From the human T2T-CHM13v2.0 reference genome, Homo sapiens, in the NCBI RefSeq assembly GCF_009914755.1, contig NC_060926.1: a stretch of 64,000 bases of DNA. One strand, 5' to 3'. A program made the translations under genes and the position numbers. The first letter of the stretch is position 1. Each line of letters starts with the position of its first letter. Shown here piece after piece: positions 53,938 through 64,000 of this stretch. A model generated the notes under the pieces. The model did no database searches. It was given only the letters and a program-made list of their open reading frames with translations, and had not been told where the DNA came from.

Positions 53938-54901
53938 ACTCTAATTGTCAATTCTCTTTCTTTTAATACCTTGGTACGAAAAAAGGAAACAAACCAAGTT
54001 TGGTTTTAAAGTTGCCAACAATATTACAGCAGTTATTACATTGTAGGAAATAATTAGTGCAGTATTCAGAAGGAAGGTCATCCAAGTGATAGTAAAATAT
54101 TATGAAGAGATTCATCGGTTTGATTGTGTTATTCATAGCTAGTGATAATAAGTAATTTAAAAGGAGCTAAATGTATTTTCTTTTTGCTATAAAATGGATC
54201 TATTTCCACAAAATTTTCAGAAAAATAAATATTTTCCTGAAGGTTAGTATTCACAACTAAGGAACAAATCCTTACAGTAGGTATTTTTGAATATATTTGT
54301 ACATGTAAGTGTGTGCATATGTATAGGGGAGGGTATGTGTATTCTGAATGATCACATTAATAAAACAAATCAGGAAAAATGAAAAGTAGACCTGAAAAAG
54401 AAAGCTGCTCAGCTAGGGAAGGTTAGCTTGCTAAATGACTGTCAAGGGGCCTCTCCTATTGGCATTTATCTTCATGAATTTGTCCCATTGCAGTATCTGG
54501 CACTCAATTTTGCAGGCTCAGAGACTTGAATTTTTCAGTTTCTCAAAGTTGACAGGCACTGATATCATTGATTAAAAATGACAAACTATAAGAAACAGTT
54601 TAGTAAAAAGCATGTCTATTTCTTAATTTATAAAATTATGTAACTGCCCAGTGAACCAGACCAGCATGCTGTCTTTTTAGTATCTTTTCTTCAAGGAGAT
54701 AAGCTACCTAGGAACACACATTATAATCAGAAGTTTGTAGGAACTTATGAAGTCAGAATGAGAAGAATCAATTCTTTGTAGGGAAAGCATGAAGCTGGAA
54801 TGGGAAAAATCAATTTTAGATGTATGGGCTTGATGCCATGAGATTAAAGAAGATAATGAGTCAGACTTCCAATATGTGTGGATTATTCTTGCCTTTCAAA
54901 A

Positions 54902-55828
54902 TGTTACAGGTTTCCTTCAGTGCCACTTTGCCAGCCAGAAATCTCTGTGACCACTTCTGCCCGGGTCTCACTCAGGCCCTCTGGGCTCAGCCCACTCAGC
55001 CTGGCAGGCTTGTGCCCCAGCCTGGATCCCACACCCACCATGGTTCTGCACTCAGCCCATGGCTAGATTGGGCAGGTGTGAGCGGCTTCCACATGGCTGC
55101 CACCATCTAGATGACGGAAATGTGTGATGACACCCAAAAACTCAGAAATGCCAACAATCATGTGGCCCCAGGGGGTGTTAATCTTGCTCAAAGAGTCTCG
55201 AGGTCTGAGCTCCCAAGAAATGTCGCAGCTTTTCATTCCCATAGCTCAGCAAGTGAAACCTTGTCACAGCTCTCTTTCTTCTGTAGTCCGGCGAGTGGGA
55301 GCGTATTACAGGTATTTTCTTTCCACTGCCCACACAGCTCAGTGAGCCAGCCAGGAGTGTCACAGCTCTTTCATTCATGCCACCTGCAGCTTGGTGAGTT
55401 CCAGGTTCTTGTCCCGTGACCAAGAGGAATAAGATGCATGGACACCAGAAAGTGAGTAAGGCAGAGAAGAATTTTATTGAGTGACAGAAGGAAAGCTCTC
55501 AGCCACAAGAGGGGGCCTGAGAGTGGGTAGCCAGGTGTGAGGCTGAGTCTGGGTTTTTATGGGTTTAGAATGACCAAGTGCCTGCCGTTTGGTCCACAGG
55601 TGTTCTTGGAAAAAGCACCATTCAATTGGTTAAAAAGCATCATCTAGAAGGAACCAATTGCGAGACAGTGAGGAAGACAGAGATAGAAGTTCTCACTCCA
55701 GTAATTAACTCCATCTGGAAGCATCAGCTTGGTTTTCAGGCTTTAAACAGTTTTTGGTTTGAAGGTTGGGTATCAATGGAGACCTGCTTCTGTCTGCCTA
55801 GGAATTTGTCTGTCTCCTGTCACTATCA
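54902..55828 (-). mobile_element. ERV1 solo LTR, MER52/LTR27 group
   Basis: The reverse complement starts TGATAGTGACAGGAGACAGACAAATTCCTAGGCAGACAG and ends GTAACA; AATAAA on minus at ~55473-55478; flanks caaaa / caata. Confidence 0.82.
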
Positions 55829-56748
55829 CAATAAGACAGGCTTGATCTTGGCTAGGGTACACTTTTCCCTGGACAGGGTTTGAGTGGGAACTCGATTGGG
55901 AATGTTGATCTTTGCATGCCATGCCCCCAACAATTCTTAATGACATCTGCCTTTACCATTTCTCCTGCTGTTAAGTAGTTATATCTCTTCACAAACCACG
56001 GGCCTCAGCTACTGGGGCCAGCAGTGAGCACTTGACCCCAAACAACTGATCCCCAGGCTGATGAGACCATCTAATGACCACTGTGGGTTCTGGTTCAAAA
56101 TGATGAGTTTAAAAAATAGTTTTCTCTCTTAGAATTTTGAATGGGAGTAGGAATAGTGGCAGTATGCTGAAATTGAAGCACTACACTTGTTCAAGGTAAG
56201 CAATAAGGGTAAAAAGGAGAGGTTGTGTTGCCTAGTGCAGCAAGGAGAAGGAAGTCAGTCCACAAAGAAAAGCAATGTAAAAGAGACATCCTCCTAATTA
56301 AGTTTAAAAAAAAAAATTTCCTCTAAGACCATTTAGGTGACTTTCTATGTTTCACCATTTATATCCAAGTCAAAGAAACACTGTTGAAATGTCCCCGATG
56401 AATTTTGTTTTTCTATTTTTTATTGCTTACGAATGCATGTTTGTGATAGACACATTATCTTTATATGTTAACATCAAGTTTTCTTCCAACTCAGTTATCC
56501 TTTCTTTCTCAACAAAACTTGGCATTATTTTATCACAGGTTTAATTTACGAGATAACTTGAAGGGCAACCGAGTTTCTCTTATTTCCATGTTCCTCAGTG
56601 ACTGTATCTCATAGTCTTCTCTCAATTTGCCTATAGGATATATTTAAAGTTACCAATGCTTCAATATTTATTTGTTCATTTGTAACTTAGCATTTACTTT
56701 AAGTACAGTTTGATACAATACTTAACTTTAAACCAGAAATGCATTTAA

Positions 56749-57117
<369 letters not shown>

Positions 57118-57667
57118 TAACAACATTTCAATATTTAATATGCTATGAAAGTTAAAATTTAAAAAAATCAAAATGCATCCATGCAGTTTATCAGATGTAA
57201 ATATAGGAACTTGAAAATGCAGTTAATGCTTTTACAGATTATAATCAATTGTTGTTTTACCAGTTACTTTTAATTTTATAAAATTTAAAGCTCATGAAAG
57301 CCTAACAACATATATTTGTCACAAAGTAGTTTTACTTATTTTTCAAAGAAATAGTATGAATGCAGAAATGGATTTCACTACAAAAGTGTCAAATTTTTTT
57401 TCAGTAATTGGAGTCATAAGTCATTTTTAGCCATCTTACTCCCTTTGAATTGGTGCTTTTATGTTGCCTAAGAATATGTTGATACATTTTCATTGCCTAA
57501 ATTTGGTTGAAGAATGCTGCGTGTATAAAGACAAGCTACCACCTGAAATTCTCAGGTCAACATTTAAATTTAAAGGTCTTTTTTATTGTTGGCTGTTGTG
57601 CTAAATCTTAACCATATAGCAAATCTGAAGTAGCAATCCAATCTATATTAAAAAACTAAATAACACT

Positions 57668-58019
57668 TGATATGATTTGGCTGTGTTGCCACCCAAATCT
57701 TATCTTGAATTCTCATGTATTGTAGGAGGGACCCAGTGGGAGGTAATTAAATCATGGGGGCAGGTTTTTCCCATGCTGTTCTCATGACGAAGTCTCACAA
57801 GATCTGTGGGTTTTAAAAATGGGACTTTCCCCTCACAAGCTCTCTCTCTGTTTGCCTGCTGCCATCCATGTAAGACGTGACTTGCTCTGCCTTGCCTTCC
57901 ATCATGATTGTGAGGACTCTCCAGCCACATGCAACTGTAAGTCCATTAAACCTCTTTCTTTTGTATATTTCCCAGTCTGGAGTATGTGTTTATGAGCAGT
58001 ATGAAAATGGACTAATACA
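57668..58019 (+). mobile_element. THE1B-like solo LTR
   Basis: tgatatgatttggctgtg...gggacccagtgggaggtaatt...gaaaatggactaataca. Confidence 0.92.
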
Positions 58020-61000
58020 ATACCTTAGTACATGGATTAAGTTAAAATTAAAAAGAAATTTTCAGATCTTATTTTCTAGATATTTAAATATTTAGTATAA
58101 ACAGTTATTGTAATGTAATTGATAACTAAGGTTTATCTTCCAGAATGCCAATAGAACCCTCAATAAGATGACATGTTTATAATTTCCTTCCTGTCATCAA
58201 TGTTATATATCTCCTTTTAGCATCTACAGGTAAAAAGCAATATTGTTTATGAATAATCAGAATTAGTTGTTAACTGTTTAAAAACTCTTGACTATTAGTG
58301 TGTACTTTTTCTATCAAATATGTAAATAAATATTTATTTATTATTTGCTTTTGATTCAAACCAATGACTAATTGGATCTCAAAGAGATTGTCACTGTATA
58401 TCTAAATACAAGTTATCATGCTCAATTTCTAAAATTAATAAAAGTACACATTTATAAACAATACGTATTTGTTTTTTAATCAACCTTTTTTCTAGACAGA
58501 TTTCTGTAGTACTCTACTAGGTTCAGTTGTCCACTCAGATAAATTTTTGCTTCTACATCACAAAAATCATATTGTTGTTTAGCCCAGTAACAGTTCATAA
58601 CATTGATCACTGGTACTTTTGATACCAAAAGATATTCCTTGTTGCCTACTAATTTTATTAATGATTACACTTTCATTTACTGTCTCATTGAACAATTACA
58701 GTTTTGGTATTCTTTTAAGATTTACCCTAAATTAAATAAAATATTGGACTTCTTATTGTAACTTTAACTCTCAGCAGTTAAATGATGAGGAGACACTGGT
58801 TTAGGTCAAATATTTTGTGTCTATACCCATGCTTCTAAGTCATCATTACTGCATCCAATAACACTGAGAAAGGGGAGTTGAAAATATTGTTTTTTAACTT
58901 AGATTTCTTGATTTGCAGCTTCAATTTGAATGCATCTGAGATTTTATAAATAAGGTCTGAAGAACAGTTGGTTCTAATAAATGCTAATATGTGATCTGTG
59001 AAAAGATTCTTTAGTAAAAAATTTAGATAACACTATATATGTATATGTGGAATTATATATAACATATCTATGTATATATAATTATATGTAATAAGTTATA
59101 TAAAATACATAATAATGTTAAAGGCTCAGAAATATGATATTCATTTAATTTCACTTATCCCAGTTTATATCAAACTCAGTTAACCTGGGAACATTATTTC
59201 TGCATAGGAATTTTAAGTATTTCATATGTTATAAGAATTCTCAAGAAGACAGTTAAAAATTACTATAATAATCTATACTTGATAAAACCACACTGATAAA
59301 TCCAAAATGTTCTATGTCTGAAAAATATTTTGAAAATTCAAAATACATTTCAGAGCATAATCCGTAATGACTATGTAACAGGCAGTTTGAACAACTTTGC
59401 ATTTACTATACATATATACCATTTTGAGTGAAGACTAAATACTAACTTTGATCTGACCTTATGAGCCAGGCTGAATAGAACATGATTTTATGACATAAGC
59501 ATCCTTGAGAGCATGTCCTGACTTTTGTATTTCTAGAAATGAAAGTGAAGACTACATGCAATAAAGTGCTGTTAGGATGTACCAAAGTAAATCTTTTATG
59601 ACTCCAAGCTCTTAAAAGTAAAATGTGCACTTTTAAAAGTTGCATATTTCTCAAGGACTAAACTAAGCATTTTCTTAAGTTAATGCATTTATCTCTTGTA
59701 TGGTTTCAGTGACCCTCTCAAACATTTTAGGAAAGCTATTCACATACTGTGGTTTATTGTCCATAAGAACACCATTTAAGTCATGGGAAATAAACAGTCT
59801 CCAATGAACAGACTGACTCTTCAGAAAGTTCAATTTAAGTTTGTTATTTCATACTCTGAATTGTAGTTTCCTTTAGAAGAATGTTGGCACTAGCTAGGCT
59901 ACACAATACATCAAATAGTTAACCAGGACACCTCATCACCTTTTATAAAATGGTTTTCTGTGTTATAAGTTAAGCAACCATGAGACTAAAAATAGCTTTC
60001 TTACTTTCTAGCGTGAATTGCTGTGCAAGCATCAAGTTAAATATTTTGAGCAGGCATTTTACTTACTGTGGGGCAAAGTCGTATCTCTTGAATTAATCTG
60101 AAATAAATTCCTATTTATCCAACTCCAAACTATGTGCAGATAACCAGACAATAAAAATGTACTGGTTTGAGTATGAAGATTGTATCAATATGCTTTTAAT
60201 TAGTTTTCCAAATGTATTTAAGTAGGATGAACATGATCTTTACTAGCATTCCTTAATGTTTTTTAGTCTGTATAACCTCCAATAATTCATCAAAGTCTGT
60301 GGATCATTTTCCCAGAAAAATAAATATCATATTTTAGGAGGCTCACAGGTACTGAAAGACATCTAGTGTTATTGTGGTTTTTACTAAAATTAGAGACTAT
60401 TATCTTAAAACATCAAGAATTATACATTATTCTCTGCATTGTTATAAGTTTCTGCCTGAATATCATTTTCTAATACATGTACATAACTACAATTACTAGC
60501 ACCCATATAATTTTTTTATAATTTGAAAAACATTTAATACATGACACAGAGGGAGGACAAATTTTCTAAAATATCTAATAAAATCTTGTAGAGATTACAG
60601 ACTAGTGGTTATAAGATACAAAAGATATCCAGGAGGTTATAAGAAGGAACTTCCTTGGCAAATTATGTGTGTTTCAATGCCAAGTAGATTTATCCTCTAA
60701 CTTTCTATGATTCCTTCCTTTCAAACTCCATCCATACAATATGGGTAGTTTAATTTCAGGTGGGACTGAAAGCAGATGAAGATTAAATTATGGAGTGTGG
60801 CAGGAAATATCTTCTCGTAGCCTATAAGAGTCTTCATTGGAAATAGACCCCTTTGAGTCAGAATTAAATAGTGACTATGCTGCTTTCCCATTTGACACTT
60901 TGATCTAATAAGGAAAATAAAACACCCCAGTTTATTCAAATCAGATTGATCTTTGTCTTCTTTTAAATTATAAACTCAAAGTCTTCAAATACTATATTAA

Positions 61001-61622
61001 AAAAAGTGTGAAGACCCTGACAACGATGAAGTTAAATTTTATTAAATAAGTATTTTAGACTTTGAGAAATATTCATAATCCCTGGCAGAGATTTGATTAG
61101 TGAATTGGGCATCTTCTTCTACCCAAATGAACTGATAAGGTATTATTCTGTCAGTTGATGAAGGAATACAGAGAACAGAAAAGTTGATTCACTCTCCTTT
61201 GCACACAAGTTCTATTTCCATAGAATTCCTTCCATTCTAACCTTCAGCTATATGGTTATCTGCCTAAGTATTGTTCACTATTTTTTTGTAAGAGGAAACA
61301 AAAATCAAAACATATAGTTTTTTTCTAATTATTTTTACAGATGCAAACGATAATCTCTTAATTTAGGAAGATCAATTTTAATTTTTAATCTTTTTAATTT
61401 TTATGACTACATAGGAAGATTAATTTTAAAATATCTGTTTATAATCAGTTATATTATAGGTTAACTATTAGTGTCAGATTTTAAAAAATGATTTAATTAT
61501 GAAATTTTTCATGATGAAAAACGTTCAGTATTCTGCTTTGAATTAATTTGGAATCCATATCACACACATAGATGAATTTATTTATAGACCACCTGACACT
61601 ACTAAATTGTTCTCTTTTGCAG

Positions 61623-61645
61623 GTCTTTGCCTATTTATTTATAAG
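61623..61645 (+). other. Candidate 23-nt micro-exon
   Basis: cctgac branch-point-like motif, ttgttctcttttgcag| acceptor, AAG|gtatgt donor. Confidence 0.25.
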
Positions 61646-62574
61646 GTATGTAAAAATAAATGCAACTTTACCACATAAATATTCATGGATTCTATGTATC
61701 TGAATATTTATATAGCACCTGCCAACGACTTTGACAGACATGAAAGCTTAGAATGCATTTTACAAGGTTGAGAACAGGGTGAGGGAGGATGTTTATTTGG
61801 CATTAGGCTTCAGGTTACTTCTAATACAAATGTGCTGTGAGATTATACAACAGACACAAAAAAGACAATATTAGTTAGAAATGAAAAAATTTTGGTCAAT
61901 TTAGAAGCTACAATATTTACCCATGTATTAGGCTAAAATCTTTATATGATGAAATTTTGGGGTCTTATTCTAATCTTGACAATTTTGCAAATATAAATTA
62001 TTTCCTGAGGAAAATTCTGGTTGGGGCCATAAACATCCTGTTATCCCCCACCTACGTATAGATATGAGATTCTCCTTTCAGTGAGAAAGTAGTTATGAGA
62101 CTTAGTTTCCATAATAAAATTCCAATGCAGCCACCTTTTTTATTTGTTTCTAAAACTCAGAACTGCCTTAATGAGCAGGCTTGTACTAAAGTTCAGCAGA
62201 GCTTTAATTAGGGAAATAGAAGCAAGCAGTTAACAATTGTTGATTATCAACCAATAATGCAATCTTCCTGCTTTATCCACAACTCACATGAAAAATGTCA
62301 CATAGAGAATAATCTAGAAAAGATAACATGGGAAACATCATTTATCTAATACTTTACTAACCTAAGAGTTTAGATCAAGACATCCTTAGTTAAATTAGAT
62401 TATTAGAGGGCTATGTGGTTTGAGCATATGATACTTTCCCTTTGCATTTGCATAAAGTGGTTATGGTGCTATGGCTTCAACATATATCAAAACTCGCTAT
62501 ATGTCCTTTCCCTTTCCAATCCTTAAATATCAGTGTTCTGCAGATTTCTGCTCAAAGTTATTTTCTGGAATATG

Positions 62575-62770
62575 GAGGTAGAAATATGTGCTGTATTGCC
62601 AGACTGGCTTAATTCAACTCTGTGTTCTGACATTTATAAGCAATGTTAGCTTGTGAAATTGACCAACTTTCTTTGTAAAATAGCCTTAATAATAGTACCC
62701 ATCTCATTGGGTTCCTGTTAGTATCAAAGGGATTCAATATGAAGCATTTAAACCTGTGGCTCAAATGGTA
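62575..62770 (+). mobile_element. MIR
   Basis: tgtaaaatagccttaataatagtacccatctcattgggttcctgttagtatcaaa. Confidence 0.65.
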
Positions 62771-64000
62771 AACTCCAGAACTCCAGAGGAAATGTTAGAA
62801 TCACATTGTGAGCTCTCCTCATCTCATTCTGAAACTTCTCCCTGAGTAATCACAATCACTTTTGTGGCTGAAATTAGCATCTATTGGTTGATGATCAACA
62901 ATTGTAAACCACTTCTATTCTCCTAATTAGAGGTTGTTACCTAAGTGCTCTTTAAAAAAGAACTCTATGCAACTTTAAGTGAGTGCATCTTAAAATAATT
63001 TGAATCTTGGTTCCCTCCAGTATAGTTACTATGTTCTGCTCTGTGATATTTTGTTTCCCATTATGTATTAGGTCCAGACACTACCCCGATCTAGCAACAA
63101 CTAAAATTCTACCTTTTTTGATCACCATCTTTAAGAACATAGCCTAGGGTGCATTTTCATTTTCTTTTTACCCTCATCTACCATGCCCTCGAGTTCTCAT
63201 TTTCTCCTTCATAGCTCTCTACTTTGTCTCTTAAGATCTAAGCCTCTCTGAGAAGGAAAAGTCTCACTTTCTCTAGCTAATGAGCTTTTATATTTAATCC
63301 TGAAGCAGTTTTTTTTTTTCTAAAGAAGATTTAGCTCCTTTTTGATTTTTTGAGTAAATGTAATCCCCCAAAGACAGAGTATTCAAGGCATAGAGCTTTT
63401 TAATGTCCCTTGCCTTTGGATTTGCAAGGATTTTGGAAATCACATCGTGTTATTTTATTTTTAAATAATATATGCCTTTATTTCTTCTTTTAAAATTAGC
63501 CACCTTTCTGTAAATGAAACTCTGATATAAAACTCATATTCATGACTTCTAAAATCAACAAACTCAGAGCCAACATTTTACCACATGGTTAAGGTTACAT
63601 TAGTCTACTCAAATGAAGCATAAAATATTAACAGGAATGAAATTGTACTGCTAATCTAGCAAAACTTGTTTATATTTTGAGCTGTTTTAATGTTAGAATA
63701 TTCTTATTTTTCAATAGTTCATGTGGAACTCAGCTGTTTTTGCAGTTTAAAGATGTAGCTTGCAGAACTAGCTGAGCCTCATCGTAAAAACAGGAAATAA
63801 TGTTCCCGAAACACTTTCCATTTCTTGGTGTGGTTTCACTAGGTGGAAAAGTTTCCCTTATGTTTTCTTTTTTTCCCTGTTTCTGTCTCATCTGAAATTT
63901 GAATAAAAAGCATAAGGTTTAAGGTCTTCTGTTATAACACACGCAATGAGGCTCCTGTGACCATATTTACCAAGGTTTCCATGGCAGCCATTTGCCTGTT

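Noticed and set aside
58221-58229. 9-nt micro-exon-like ttttag|CATCTACAG|gtaaaa
   Set aside because: Weak donor and a high chance expectation.

Overview
AT-rich, repeat-dense primate (human-like) genomic DNA with no CpG island and no intact protein-coding gene. Every recognisable ORF in the track is a decayed L1 ORF1/ORF2, ERVL or Alu frame; the rest look like chance ORFs. A large share of the window is transposon debris: an HML-2 LTR5, a fragmented ERVL internal region, THE1, MLT1 and MER52/LTR27-type LTRs, about 13 L1 pieces, 7 Alus, Tigger/MER45/MER1A/MADE1 DNA transposons, and MIR/L2. The most notable structure is a 5'-inverted L1PB that appears to carry a ~0.9 kb 3' transduction closed by a new polyA signal, A-tail and TSD. 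Five of eight primate L1PA/PB insertions are 5'-inverted, and there is a three-level L1 nest. Also seen: a 109-bp non-tandem duplication, several templated-insertion-like scars, and a speculative RFX X-box + Kozak ATG + micro-exon chain on the + strand. Subfamily names come from my recollection of consensus sequences, not from alignment. Boundaries without TSDs are approximate. I found no convincing new biological system.
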